From assembly GCA_965204725.1 (NCBI GenBank), contig OZ242005.1:3104001-3168000 (forward strand): DNA of 64,000 nucleotides. Reading direction: 5' to 3'. The notes beneath the pieces were generated by a model. The model was not told the DNA's origin and ran no database searches. It was given only the letters and a program-made list of their open reading frames with translations. Of this stretch, positions 8,046 to 17,846 are shown one piece after another; the first letter of the stretch is position 1, and every line of letters starts with the position of its first letter. This stretch comes from Candidatus Latescibacterota bacterium. Lineage in GTDB: Bacteria > Latescibacterota > UBA2968 > UBA8231. Both the position numbers and the translations under genes were made by a program.

Positions 8046-10313
8046 ATGCGGTCCCCAATCAATCGTTATCACGTTATTACCCTTACCCTTACCGGCCTTT
8101 TCTTGGGCGTACCCCTTTGGGGGCTGGACCTAAACTTCGCCCCGGCTAAACCTGACGGCCCTGCTAAGATACAGAGTGCGTTGTGGGAGTTGGCAACGCC
8201 GCGGGCGGGCAAGCCGATCCACGATTTACAGGATACGGTCGTCGTCATCTTGGTTCCCCATCGCGGCCAAGCGTCGGCTTCGATTGATACGTCGTCTATG
8301 GCGGCGTTGGGCGTTGAGGTGAAGGCCCGGTCGAAAAGCCTGATGCGGGTTTCGGTTCCGGCGTCGTCGTTGTTGGCGGTCTCGGAACTGCCGGGGGTGA
8401 GCTTTGTCCGCCGACCGTTCCGGCCGCAGGCGCAACAGACCTTTATCCTTAGTGAGGGCGGAAGGGACATCAACGCATATAATAATTACTTCGCGGGCGT
8501 GAGAGGCCAAGGGGTCAAGGTGGCCGTTATTGACGGAGGATTTAAGGGGGCGGACGATCTGCCTGGAAATATGCCGGGGTTTTCGTGGCGCAACTATACG
8601 GACGAGGGAATATATGAGGGCGAAAGCGTCCACGGTACAGCCTGTGCCGAGATTATCTACGACGTGGCACCGGAAGCCGAACTCTATCTGTATAAGGTGG
8701 ATGATTTAGTTGATCTTGAAAACGCTAAAGACCGCAGCATACGAGACGGTATCGACATAATCAATCATTCCATGGGCTGGTTTGGAACCGGCATTGGCGA
8801 CGGGCGAGGAATAGCCTGCGACATTGTAAATGACGCTGCGGATAAGGGCATCCTCTGGGTAAATTCAGCGGGCAATGACGCAAAGAGCCATTACTACGGA
8901 TTCTGGTCTGATAACGATTCTGACGGTTGGCACAACTTTAAGGGCGAAGACGAGACGCTAGCGTTTGAAGCGGAGAAAGGGGATGAGATAAGGGTTTTCT
9001 TGACTTGGAACGATTGGCCCAGTTCCCGTGAGAACTACGATCTGTATCTCTTTAGCTCCTCCGACGGTCTCGAACGCGTCGCCAAAAGCACTGATCGTCA
9101 AAATGGCTACGGTGATCTCCCTGTAGAACGAATCGAATACAAGGTAGAGAGATCGGGAGAGTATGGAATTACTGTTCGCAGCGAGGACGCCCGGGCTAGA
9201 AGGCTAAAGATATGGTCGCTTAATCACGATTTTGAAGAGTATTCGGTGGCGGAGAACAGTATCGGGAGTCCGGCCGATGCCCGAGGGGCCATGAGCGTCG
9301 GGGCGGTCCATTACGACTTCTATGACTTGGGCAGAATTGCAGACTACAGCTCGCGTGGTCCCACCACTGATGGTCGCTTCAAACCCGAACTCGTCGCGCC
9401 GAGTGGAGTTTCGACGGTTTCTTATGGAGGATCGGAGTTTTTTTATGGCTATACCGGGACCTCGGCGGCTGCACCCCACGTCGCTGGCGCGGCGGCCCTA
9501 ATCAAGTCGGCCAATCCATCGTACACACGTGACGATTTGTGGGACGCGCTTATCGAGGCAACGGTTGACATAGGCCCTCGGGGAAGGGACAATACTTTTG
9601 GCAACGGCAAACTCGTGCTGCCGATTATTCCACAGGAACTTCCGAGCACAGAGCTCTTAGGGTACAGTCCGCCCGCAGTTACCAGAAATATCATAAACGC
9701 CAAGTTCGGCTTTGAGGGGAGCAATCGTACGCTCTATTGCTATTTTTCAGTTAAGGAAATAAGCGCGGGCGAAGTGGATATTCTTCTCAACGAACAGTGG
9801 TTCAACGCGGTCCCAGCGAGCGCGGACGGGAATTGGAAGCGTTGGTATCTCCCTTTGAACAGATCAGACCTACGCTCCGGTCGTAATACCATCGAGTTCC
9901 GCAATACCTTCAACCAAGACTACCCTGAGTCCTATGCCCACTGGCAGTTGAAGGATGTGTCTGTGACGTCGCGGCGACCGGCCAACGCCAAGCCCGTCCC
10001 CGGGACGCAACTTCTGTCCGAGCTACCGGATGAACTGGTGTCCGGCTTAGGCGCTCCCTTCCCCACGCCGTTCAACGCCTCGGTGACCGTACCCTTCACT
10101 GTCGCGGCCGCTGGTCTGGTGCGGATTTCCGTCTATAACCTGATGGGGCAATCCATTCGCGTGTTGGCCGATGGCTGGACTGAGGCTGGGTTGCACCAAG
10201 TGCGCTGGGATGGCCGCACGGCGGCGGGTGCAGAGGCCGCGTCGGGGGTCTATTGGGCCGTGCTGCAAGCAGGGGAGGCCGTTCAAACGGTCAAGTTGGC
10301 GTTGATTCGCTGA
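8046..10313 (+). CDS. Secreted S8 subtilase #2 (no IPT repeats) with FlgD-Ig/T9SS-like tail
   Basis: Signal peptide, intact D/H/S triad, PFPTPFN...WDG...ASGVYW tail. Confidence 0.92.
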   Translation: MRSPINRYHVITLTLTGLFLGVPLWGLDLNFAPAKPDGPAKIQSALWELATPRAGKPIHDLQDTVVVILVPHRGQASASIDTSSMAALGVEVKARSKSLMRVSVPASSLLAVSELPGVSFVRRPFRPQAQQTFILSEGGRDINAYNNYFAGVRGQGVKVAVIDGGFKGADDLPGNMPGFSWRNYTDEGIYEGESVHGTACAEIIYDVAPEAELYLYKVDDLVDLENAKDRSIRDGIDIINHSMGWFGTGIGDGRGIACDIVNDAADKGILWVNSAGNDAKSHYYGFWSDNDSDGWHNFKGEDETLAFEAEKGDEIRVFLTWNDWPSSRENYDLYLFSSSDGLERVAKSTDRQNGYGDLPVERIEYKVERSGEYGITVRSEDARARRLKIWSLNHDFEEYSVAENSIGSPADARGAMSVGAVHYDFYDLGRIADYSSRGPTTDGRFKPELVAPSGVSTVSYGGSEFFYGYTGTSAAAPHVAGAAALIKSANPSYTRDDLWDALIEATVDIGPRGRDNTFGNGKLVLPIIPQELPSTELLGYSPPAVTRNIINAKFGFEGSNRTLYCYFSVKEISAGEVDILLNEQWFNAVPASADGNWKRWYLPLNRSDLRSGRNTIEFRNTFNQDYPESYAHWQLKDVSVTSRRPANAKPVPGTQLLSELPDELVSGLGAPFPTPFNASVTVPFTVAAAGLVRISVYNLMGQSIRVLADGWTEAGLHQVRWDGRTAAGAEAASGVYWAVLQAGEAVQTVKLALIR

Positions 10314-10333
10314 GTGCTTTTTGCATGTAAGGT

Positions 10334-10631
10334 GTCATTCCCGCGCAAGCGGGAATCCACTAAAGCATCATGATCAAACAACCGTCGTGTACATCATGGC
10401 GAGCAAGCGCAACGAAACACTGTACACAGGCGCATCCGGCGACTTGCCCGCTGGCGTGTGGCACCATACAAACAAGGCCCCAGCGGGATGTTCCCATAGA
10501 GCGGTAGCATCCGACTTAGCTGGATTCCCGCGTTCGCGGGAATGACGAAAAAAATAGAGTGGCAGCATCCGACTTGGCTGGATTCCCGCCCCGTGTCGGG
10601 GCACGGGGTGACGTCCTTTTGCGAGAATGTC
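10334..10631. repeat. Cluster of ATTCCC-N8-GGGAAT palindromic (dRS3/REP-like) repeats
   Basis: GTCATTCCCGCGCAAGCGGGAATCCA at 10334; inverted TGGATTCCCGCGTTCGCGGGAATGAC at 10521; variant with inserted CCCCGTGTCGGGGCACGGGG hairpin at 10579; 35-bp imperfect direct repeat at 10497/10555. Confidence 0.85.
10370..10496 (+). pseudogene. GIY-YIG nuclease remnant (frameshifted, truncated)
   Basis: ATG 10370 MIKQP, then a frameshift into VYIMASKRNETLYTGASGDL..VWHH, the N-terminal signature of small stand-alone GIY-YIG proteins; C-terminal half missing. Confidence 0.7.
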
Positions 10632-12897
10632 AAAAGCCCCAACGTCAGTGAAGGCCGTCAATATGAGTACTCATAAAGTTATTACCGGCCTTTTCTTGGG
10701 CGTCCTTGGCTATATACCCCTTTGGGGACAGAACCTAAACTTTGTTCCGGTCAAGCCCGATGGTCCGGCTAAGATACAGAGTGCGTTGTGGGAGCTAGCA
10801 GTGCCGTCGGCGGGCAAGTTGGCTCGTGCGGAAGGCGTTGAGGATACGGTCGTCGTCATCTTGGTTCCCCAGCGCGGGCAAGCGTCGGCGGCGATTGATA
10901 CGTCGTCCATGGCTGCGTTGGGCGTTGAGGTGTTGGCGCAGTCCAAGAGTTTGATGCGGGTTTTGGTTCCGGCGTCGTCGTTGTTGGCGGTGTCGGAATT
11001 GCCGGGGGTGAGCTTTGTCCGCCGGCCGTTCCGGCCGCAGGCGCAACAGACTCGGAGCGAAGGTCGGCTACTCATCAACGCGCACGATAATTACTTCGCG
11101 GGCGTGAGAGGCCAAGGGGTCAAGGTGGCCGTTATTGATTTAGGATTTAAGGGAGCGGACGAACTGTCTAGAGATATGCCGGCGCGTTGGTGGTACTACG
11201 ATTATACGGACGAGGGGATATACGCTGGCGAGAACGTCCACGGCACGGCCTGTGCCGAGATTATCTACGATGTGGCACCGGAAGCCGAACTCTATCTGTA
11301 TAAGGTGGGGGATTTAGTTGACCTTGAAAACGCTAAAGACCGCTGCATCCGAGAGGGGATTGACGTAATCAATCATTCCCTCGGCTGGCATGGAACCGGC
11401 ATTGGCGACGGAAAAGGAATAGCCTGCGACATTGTAAATGACGCTGCGGATAAGGGCATTCTCTGGGTAAATGCAGCGGGCAATAGTGCAAACAGCCATT
11501 ACTCTGGGGTCTGGTCTGATTCCGATGCTGACGGTTGGCAGAATTTTAGCGGTGCCTACGAGGTGATAGCGTTTGACGCGAAGAAAGGGGAAGATATAAG
11601 GGTTTTCTTGACGTGGGACGATTGGCCCATGTCCCATGCGGACTACGACTTGTACCTCGAATTTGTGAACTCCGCTGGCGGGCTCGAAAGCGTCGCTGAA
11701 AGTATCGATTCTCAAAGCGGTCCCAGTGGCCACAGCCCTGTAGAATCGATTGAAATCAAGGCCGAGCGATCGGGAAAGTACGGGATTTCTGTTTGGAGCG
11801 TGGAGGCCCGGCCTACAAAGCTAAAAATATGGTCGCTCAATCACGAATTTGAAGGGGATTCGGTGGCGGAGAACAGTATCGAGAGTCCGGCCGATGCCCG
11901 AGGGGCCATGAGCGTCGGGGCGGTCTATTATGGAGATTGGGATGCTGGTCGGATTGAAGACTATAGCTCGCGTGGTCCCACTACCGACGGTCGCTTCAAG
12001 CCTGAACTCGTCGCACCGAGTGGAGTATCGACGACTTCTAATGTACTGGCGGGGTTTATGGGGACCTCGGCGGCTGCGCCCCACGTCGCTGGCGCGGCGG
12101 CTCTAATCAAGTCGGCTAATCCATCGTATTCGCGTGACGATTTGTGGGACGCGCTGGTCGAGGCAACGGTTGACATAGGCCCTCGGGGAAGGGACAACGA
12201 CAGCGGATACGGCAAACTCGTGCTGCCGATTATTCCACAGCAACTTCCTAGCACAGAGCTATTAGGGTACAGTCCGCCCGCAGTTACCAGAAATATCACA
12301 AGCGCCAAGTTCGGCTTTGAGGGAAGCAACCGCGATCTCTATTGCTATTTTACGATAAAGGAAATAGTCACTGGCGAAGTTGACATTTTTCTCAACGAAC
12401 AGCGACTTATCGCGGTCCCAGCGGGCAGGGATTGGAAGCGTTGGTATCTCCCCTTGTACAGATCAAATCTACGCTCCGGTCGTAACACCATCGAGTTCCG
12501 CAATACCTTCAACCAAGAACGCTCCGAATTTTTTGCCCACTGGCAGTTGAAAGATGTGTCTGTGACGTCGCGGCGGCCGGCCAACGCCAAGCCCGTCCTT
12601 GGGACGCAACTTCCGTCCGAGCTACCCGGCCTAGGTGCTCCCTTTCCCACGCCGTTCAACGCCTCGGTGACCGTACCCTTCACCGTCGCGGCCGCTGGTC
12701 CGGTGCGGATTTCCGTCTATAACTTGATGGGGCAATCCATTCGCGTGTTGGCCGATGGGTGGGTCGAGGCTGGGTTGCACCAAGTGCGCTGGGATGGCTG
12801 CACGGCGGCGGGTGTAGAGGTCGCGTCGGGGGTCTATTGGGCTGTGCTGCAAGCCGGGGAGGCCGTTCAAACGGCCAAGTTGGTGTTGATTCGTTGA
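10627..12897 (+). CDS. Secreted S8 subtilase #3 (no IPT repeats) with FlgD-Ig/T9SS-like tail; alternative start 10663
   Basis: Intact triad VIDLG/HGTACAE/GTSAAAPH; close paralog of #2. Confidence 0.92.
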   Translation: MSKAPTSVKAVNMSTHKVITGLFLGVLGYIPLWGQNLNFVPVKPDGPAKIQSALWELAVPSAGKLARAEGVEDTVVVILVPQRGQASAAIDTSSMAALGVEVLAQSKSLMRVLVPASSLLAVSELPGVSFVRRPFRPQAQQTRSEGRLLINAHDNYFAGVRGQGVKVAVIDLGFKGADELSRDMPARWWYYDYTDEGIYAGENVHGTACAEIIYDVAPEAELYLYKVGDLVDLENAKDRCIREGIDVINHSLGWHGTGIGDGKGIACDIVNDAADKGILWVNAAGNSANSHYSGVWSDSDADGWQNFSGAYEVIAFDAKKGEDIRVFLTWDDWPMSHADYDLYLEFVNSAGGLESVAESIDSQSGPSGHSPVESIEIKAERSGKYGISVWSVEARPTKLKIWSLNHEFEGDSVAENSIESPADARGAMSVGAVYYGDWDAGRIEDYSSRGPTTDGRFKPELVAPSGVSTTSNVLAGFMGTSAAAPHVAGAAALIKSANPSYSRDDLWDALVEATVDIGPRGRDNDSGYGKLVLPIIPQQLPSTELLGYSPPAVTRNITSAKFGFEGSNRDLYCYFTIKEIVTGEVDIFLNEQRLIAVPAGRDWKRWYLPLYRSNLRSGRNTIEFRNTFNQERSEFFAHWQLKDVSVTSRRPANAKPVLGTQLPSELPGLGAPFPTPFNASVTVPFTVAAAGPVRISVYNLMGQSIRVLADGWVEAGLHQVRWDGCTAAGVEVASGVYWAVLQAGEAVQTAKLVLIR

Positions 12898-12915
12898 GTG
12901 CTAAGCAATGAATCG

Positions 12916-13123
12916 AAAGCATGGAATGTTTATCGGCCCGGTCTTTTTTGCCTACGAGTCGTCATTCCCGCGAAAGCGGGAATCCAGTCTTGAATGATGC
13001 GATCCGTGTCGGGGCACGGGGTGACGTTCTTGCGCGGGAATGACGTACCCCCGTCGAGGGCGGGACGCCCTCGATCCCGGATTCAGCGGGAGCACCAGAA
13101 GGTGTCGTGTGTCGTGTACTTAG
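12916..13123. repeat. Composite palindromic repeat cluster (ATTCCC-N8-GGGAAT unit + GAGGGCGGGACGCCCTC unit)
   Basis: GTCATTCCCGCGAAAGCGGGAATCCAG at 12961, CCGTGTCGGGGCACGG at ~13004, GTCGAGGGCGGGACGCCCTCGA at 13053, GTGTCGTGTACTTAG end; parts recur at 20727-20824 and 30065-30134. Confidence 0.8.
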
Positions 13124-13176
13124 GTGTTCTTAATTTGGCGTCGCCATAGAACGCGCCGCTTGGAGGACGAATTGGA

Positions 13177-16100
13177 ATGTCAAACCTCTTAACTTCAGCA
13201 AAGGCCATCAATATGAGTACTCATAAAGTCGTTTTCCGCAGTAAAGTTATGACCGCCCTTTTCTTGGGCGTCCTCGGCTATGTACCCCTTTGGGGACAGG
13301 ACCTAGACTTCGCCCCGGCCAAGCCCGACGGCCCGGCCAAGATACAGAGTGCGTTGTGGGAGCTAGCAGTGCCGTCGGCGGGCAAGTTGGCTCGTGCGGA
13401 AGGCGTCGAGGATACGGTCGTCGTCATTTTGGTTCCCCATCGCGGGCAAGCGTCGGCGTCGATTGATACGTCGTCTATGGTGGCGTTGGGCGTCGAGGTG
13501 AAGGCTCGGTCGAAAAGTCTGATGCGGGTTTCGGTTCCGGCGTCGTCGCTGTTGGCGGTGTCGGAACTGCCGGGGGTGAGCTTTGTCCGCCGACCGTTCC
13601 GGCCGCATGCACAACAGGTTCGGAGCGAAGGTCGGCGACTCATCAACGCTATAAATAATTACAATGCAGGCGTCAGAGGCCAAGGGGTCAAGGTGGCCGT
13701 TATTGACGGCGGATTTAAGGGAGCGAACCAATTGGGGTCAGACATGCCGGCGACTTGGCGGGTTCTTGACTATACGGGCGAGGGGATATACGCTGGCGAA
13801 AGCGTCCACGGCACGGCCTGCGCCGAGATTATCTACGACGTGGCACCGGAAGCCGAACTCACGCTTCTGAGGGTGGACGATCTAGTTGACTTGGAGAATG
13901 CCAAGGATCTTTGCATACGAGAGGGAATTGACATAATCAATCATTCCACAGGCTGGTTTGGAACCGGCATTGGCGACGGGCGAGGACTAGCCTGCGACAT
14001 TGTAAATGACGCCGCGGATAAGGGGATTCTCTGGGTAAATGCAGCGGGCAATGGTGCAAACAGCCATTACTCTGGGTCTTGGTCTGATCGAGATTCTGAT
14101 GGTTGGCATAATTTTAGGGGAGACGACGAGACGATAGGTTTTGAAGCGGAGGAAGGGGATTCGATAAGCGTTTTATTGACGTGGGATGATTGGACTAACC
14201 CGCGTGAGGACTACGACCTGTTCCTCTATTTTACAGACTCCTCCGGCGCTCTCGAAAGAGTCGCCGCGAGTGAAAATCGTCAAAAAATTGGCGGTGGCGA
14301 TCCTGTGGAATCGATAGAAATCAAAGTAGAGAGATCGGGAGAATACGGGGTTGCTGTTTGGAGCGCGGGTGCCCGGCCTAAAAGGCTGAAAATATGGTCG
14401 CTCGATCACGACTTTGAAGAGTATTCGGTGGCGGAGAACAGTATCGAGAGTCCGGCGGATGCCCGAGGGGCCATGAGTGTCGGGGCGGTCTATTATGGAG
14501 ATTGGAATGCTGGTCGGATTGAAGACTATAGCTCGCGTGGTCCCACTACCGATGGTCGCATCAAGCCCGAACTCGTCGCGCCTACTGGAGTATCGACAGT
14601 TTCTTATGCACCGGAGGGGTATTTCGGGACCTCGGCGGCTGCACCCCACGTCGCTGGCGCGGCAGCCCTAATCAAATCGGCCAATCCATCGTACTCGCGC
14701 ACTCAACTGTGGAATGCACTGGTCGCGGCAACGGTTGACGTAGGAAGCCGGGGAAGGGACAATACTTTTGGACACGGCAAACTCGTGTTGCCGGTTATGC
14801 AGGGTTCTCGAATTACTTCGCCTCAAATTACTTCCATATCGCCCAGTCGAGTGCGGTACAACCAAGTCGTAACCATCCGTGGGACGGCCTTTGGCACGAA
14901 TCGGGGCACGAGCCGGGTGGTTTTCCACAGCGGTAAGAGCCCTAGCTCTTCCCAATATGTTAGCTGGAGCAATACCCAGATCCAAGTGCGAGTGCCGTCG
15001 GGAGCGCGCACCGGCAATGTGCAAGTTGTAACGACGAACGGGAGCGACACGGCGCGGCTGACGGTTACCTCGCCTTGGATCAGCGGCGTCTCCCCGGGGA
15101 CCGCAAGGAGCAATACCGTTGTTACCGTAAGCGGGGAGAATTTTGGTTCCTCGCGGGGGAGCAGTTCCGTGCGGATTGGTTCGGTCGCGATCACTGCGTT
15201 CACCTCTTGGTCGAGTCGATCGATCCGATTTCGCGTTCCCCGCAATACGCCGCCCGGCAACCTGACGGTTAGAACGGCAGAAGGCACCAGTAATTCCATT
15301 CGCTTGAACGTAACAAGCCCGTATCTGACGAGCATCTCGCCGACGCGCATAAAAACAGGAAATCGCCTGACGCTCGCGGGCGGCAATTTCGGCTCCCGCC
15401 GCGGCACGGGATACGTTGTGTTTGGTTCTGTACGGGCCTCTACTTCGGACTACGTGAGTTGGTCCGACCGCCGCATTGTCGTCAAGGTTCCAAACAGGGC
15501 GCAGACCGGCAATGTGCAGGTTACGACCTCGAATGGGACATCTGGGACGAAGCGTCTTACAATCGAAAGCAGGGGTCCGCAAATTACTTCCATATCGCCT
15601 AGCCGGGTGCGGTACAGTCAAGTTGTAACCATCCGTGGGACGGCCTTTGGCGCGAATAGGGGCACGAGCCGGGTGGTTTTCTTTGGGAGTGGGATTGCTA
15701 GTGCTTCCCAATATGTTAGCTGGAGCGATACCCAGATCCGCGTGCGAGTGCCATCGGGAACGCGTACCGGCGATCTACAGGTTGTAACCTCGGGCGGAAG
15801 CGACACGGCTCGGCTGACGATTACCTCGCCTTGGATCAGCGGCGTCTCCCCGCAGAACGCAAGGACCAACAATGTTGTTACCGTAAACGGGGAGAATTTC
15901 GGTTCCTCGCGAGGAAGCAGTTCCGTGCGGATTGGTTCGACCGCGATCACTGAGTTCACCTCTTGGTCGAGTAGAGCGATCCGATTTCGCGTTCCCATCA
16001 ATACGCCGCCCGGCAACCTGACGGTTAGAACGACAAACGGCACCAGTAATTCCATCCGTTTGAACATAACCAGCCCGTATCTGACGAGCATCTCGCCGAC

Positions 16101-17514
16101 GCGCGCACAACCGGGAGATCGTCTCACGCTCAGGGGCGGCAATTTCGGCTCCAGCCGCGGCACGGGATACGTTTTGTTTACTGCGTTACTGCCCTCTGCT
16201 GGGGACTATGTGAGTTGGTCGGACCGCCGAATTGTCGTCCGGGTTCCAGAGCAGGCTCCGAGCGGCGATGTGCGGGTTACGACCTCAAATGGGACATCGG
16301 AGGCGAAGCGCGTTACAATCGGAGGTGCCTCGCCTTGGATCAGCAGCATCTCTCCGCAGACCGCAAGGACCAATACCGTTGTTACTGTAAGCGGGGGTAA
16401 CTTCGGTTCCTCTCGGGGGAGCAGTTCCGTGCGGATTGGTTCGACCGCGATCACTTCGTTCACCTCTTGGACGAATGGAACGATCCGATTTCGCATACCC
16501 CGCAATACGCCGCCCGGCAACCTGACGGTTAGAACGGCAGAAGGCACCAGTAATTTCATCCGCTTGAACATAACCAGCCCGTATCTGACGAACATCTCGC
16601 CGACGAGTGTAGAAACAGGAGATCGTCTCACGCTCACGGGTGGTAATTTCGGCTCCAGCCGCGGCACGGGATACGTTTTGTTTTTCTCTAGTGTACGGCC
16701 TTCTGGTGCGGACTATGTGAGTTGGTCGGACCGCCGAATTGTCGTCGAGGTTCCAGATGAGGCGCGGAGCGGCAATGTGCAGGTTGCGACCTCGAATGGG
16801 ACATCCGGGACGAAGCGTCTCACAGTCGAAAGCGAGCAGTTTGAGCCCCTTCCGAGCCGAGGGCTTTTCGGCTACAGTCCACCAGCGGTTAGCAAAAATC
16901 CCAAAAGCGTCAAGTTCGGCTTTGAGAAAAAAACCAATTACAATGTCGCGTGTTATTTTTCAGCAAAGGAAGTAAGCGATGGGGAAGTTGACATCTTTCT
17001 CAACGGATGGTCTTACTCCTGGATCCCAGAGAGCGAGGACTGGACGGCTTGGTATCTCGTCTTGGAGAGTGCAGACCTGCACTCTGGCACAAACATTATC
17101 GAGTTCCGCAATGTCCTCAACCAAGACCGCACCTCAGGTTTTACTCTCTGGCAGTTGAAGGATGTGTGGGTGGGGGAACCACCCAGTGCCAAGCCCGTCG
17201 CAGGGGTGCATCGCTTGTCCGAGTTGCCGGAAGAGTTGGTATCCGGTTTGGGCGATCCCTTCCCCGCGCCGTTCAACGCCGAAGTGACCATTCCCTTTGC
17301 CGTCGCTACCGCCAGTCCCGTGCGGCTTGCCGTCTATAACCTGATGGGCCAGCCCATTCGCGTGTTGGCCGATGGCTGGGCGGAAGCCGGATGGCACCAA
17401 GTGCGCTGGGATGGCCGCACGGCGGCAGGCGCAGAGGCCGCATCTGGGGTCTATTGGGCCGTGCTGCAAGCCGGCGATGCCGTCCAAACGGCCAAGTTGG
17501 CGTTGATTCGCTGA
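13177..17514 (+). CDS. Secreted S8 subtilase #4 with 8 IPT/TIG domains and FlgD-Ig/T9SS-like tail
   Basis: GGAGG RBS; intact triad; repeats starting PQITSISP / PWIS(G/S)(V/I)SP / PYLT(S/N)ISP in order ABCABCBC. Confidence 0.92.
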   Translation: MSNLLTSAKAINMSTHKVVFRSKVMTALFLGVLGYVPLWGQDLDFAPAKPDGPAKIQSALWELAVPSAGKLARAEGVEDTVVVILVPHRGQASASIDTSSMVALGVEVKARSKSLMRVSVPASSLLAVSELPGVSFVRRPFRPHAQQVRSEGRRLINAINNYNAGVRGQGVKVAVIDGGFKGANQLGSDMPATWRVLDYTGEGIYAGESVHGTACAEIIYDVAPEAELTLLRVDDLVDLENAKDLCIREGIDIINHSTGWFGTGIGDGRGLACDIVNDAADKGILWVNAAGNGANSHYSGSWSDRDSDGWHNFRGDDETIGFEAEEGDSISVLLTWDDWTNPREDYDLFLYFTDSSGALERVAASENRQKIGGGDPVESIEIKVERSGEYGVAVWSAGARPKRLKIWSLDHDFEEYSVAENSIESPADARGAMSVGAVYYGDWNAGRIEDYSSRGPTTDGRIKPELVAPTGVSTVSYAPEGYFGTSAAAPHVAGAAALIKSANPSYSRTQLWNALVAATVDVGSRGRDNTFGHGKLVLPVMQGSRITSPQITSISPSRVRYNQVVTIRGTAFGTNRGTSRVVFHSGKSPSSSQYVSWSNTQIQVRVPSGARTGNVQVVTTNGSDTARLTVTSPWISGVSPGTARSNTVVTVSGENFGSSRGSSSVRIGSVAITAFTSWSSRSIRFRVPRNTPPGNLTVRTAEGTSNSIRLNVTSPYLTSISPTRIKTGNRLTLAGGNFGSRRGTGYVVFGSVRASTSDYVSWSDRRIVVKVPNRAQTGNVQVTTSNGTSGTKRLTIESRGPQITSISPSRVRYSQVVTIRGTAFGANRGTSRVVFFGSGIASASQYVSWSDTQIRVRVPSGTRTGDLQVVTSGGSDTARLTITSPWISGVSPQNARTNNVVTVNGENFGSSRGSSSVRIGSTAITEFTSWSSRAIRFRVPINTPPGNLTVRTTNGTSNSIRLNITSPYLTSISPTRAQPGDRLTLRGGNFGSSRGTGYVLFTALLPSAGDYVSWSDRRIVVRVPEQAPSGDVRVTTSNGTSEAKRVTIGGASPWISSISPQTARTNTVVTVSGGNFGSSRGSSSVRIGSTAITSFTSWTNGTIRFRIPRNTPPGNLTVRTAEGTSNFIRLNITSPYLTNISPTSVETGDRLTLTGGNFGSSRGTGYVLFFSSVRPSGADYVSWSDRRIVVEVPDEARSGNVQVATSNGTSGTKRLTVESEQFEPLPSRGLFGYSPPAVSKNPKSVKFGFEKKTNYNVACYFSAKEVSDGEVDIFLNGWSYSWIPESEDWTAWYLVLESADLHSGTNIIEFRNVLNQDRTSGFTLWQLKDVWVGEPPSAKPVAGVHRLSELPEELVSGLGDPFPAPFNAEVTIPFAVATASPVRLAVYNLMGQPIRVLADGWAEAGWHQVRWDGRTAAGAEAASGVYWAVLQAGDAVQTAKLALIR
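14821..16830 (+). repeat. Intragenic tandem repeat of IPT/TIG modules (756-bp ABC unit x2 plus a BC unit)
   Basis: Near-identical DNA at 14821/15577 (A), 15073/15829/16333 (B) and 15319/16075/16579 (C). Confidence 0.85.
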
Positions 17515-17546
17515 CAGGGCTTGTTCAAGCGGGAATCTTGACTTAC

Positions 17547-17575
17547 TTGACTTAACGGTTTGATCATGGTACGCT
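17547..17575 (+). promoter_or_regulatory. Putative sigma70 promoter for the DUF5678/aspartyl protease pair
   Basis: TTGACT-17 bp-TACGCT with a TG extension. Confidence 0.5.
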
Positions 17576-17604
17576 GCAAGTACCACTTGAGAAAGAGGCA
17601 TACT

Positions 17605-17841
17605 ATGCTTGGGCTAAAAAAGGAAATCGCCGCGTATGAACGCATACGTGACGACCTTGAATTGGAGCATTTCGGCAAATGGATCGTCGTGCATGACGAG
17701 GAACTCGCCGGGATCTATGACTCGTTTGAAGCGGCAGCCGACAACGCCGTACAGCGTTTCGGGCGCGGGCCGTACCTAATCAAACGAGTCGGAGAACCAC
17801 CGATGACCCTACCGGCTTCCGTGCTGTTCCGTACTGTATAG
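17605..17841 (+). CDS. DUF5678-like small protein
   Basis: EIAAYE...HFGKWIVVHDEELAGIYDSFEAA...FGRGPYLIKRVG; ATG 17605 with GAGG RBS. Confidence 0.7.
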   Translation: MLGLKKEIAAYERIRDDLELEHFGKWIVVHDEELAGIYDSFEAAADNAVQRFGRGPYLIKRVGEPPMTLPASVLFRTV

Positions 17842-17846
17842 TCCCT

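Noticed and set aside
10334-13123. Palindromic repeats as a possible CRISPR array
   Set aside because: No regular repeat-spacer period, mixed orientations, and no cas genes in the window
8046-17514. Paralog diversification by a diversity-generating retroelement
   Set aside because: No reverse transcriptase or template repeat seen; differences include indels and do not appear adenine-specific
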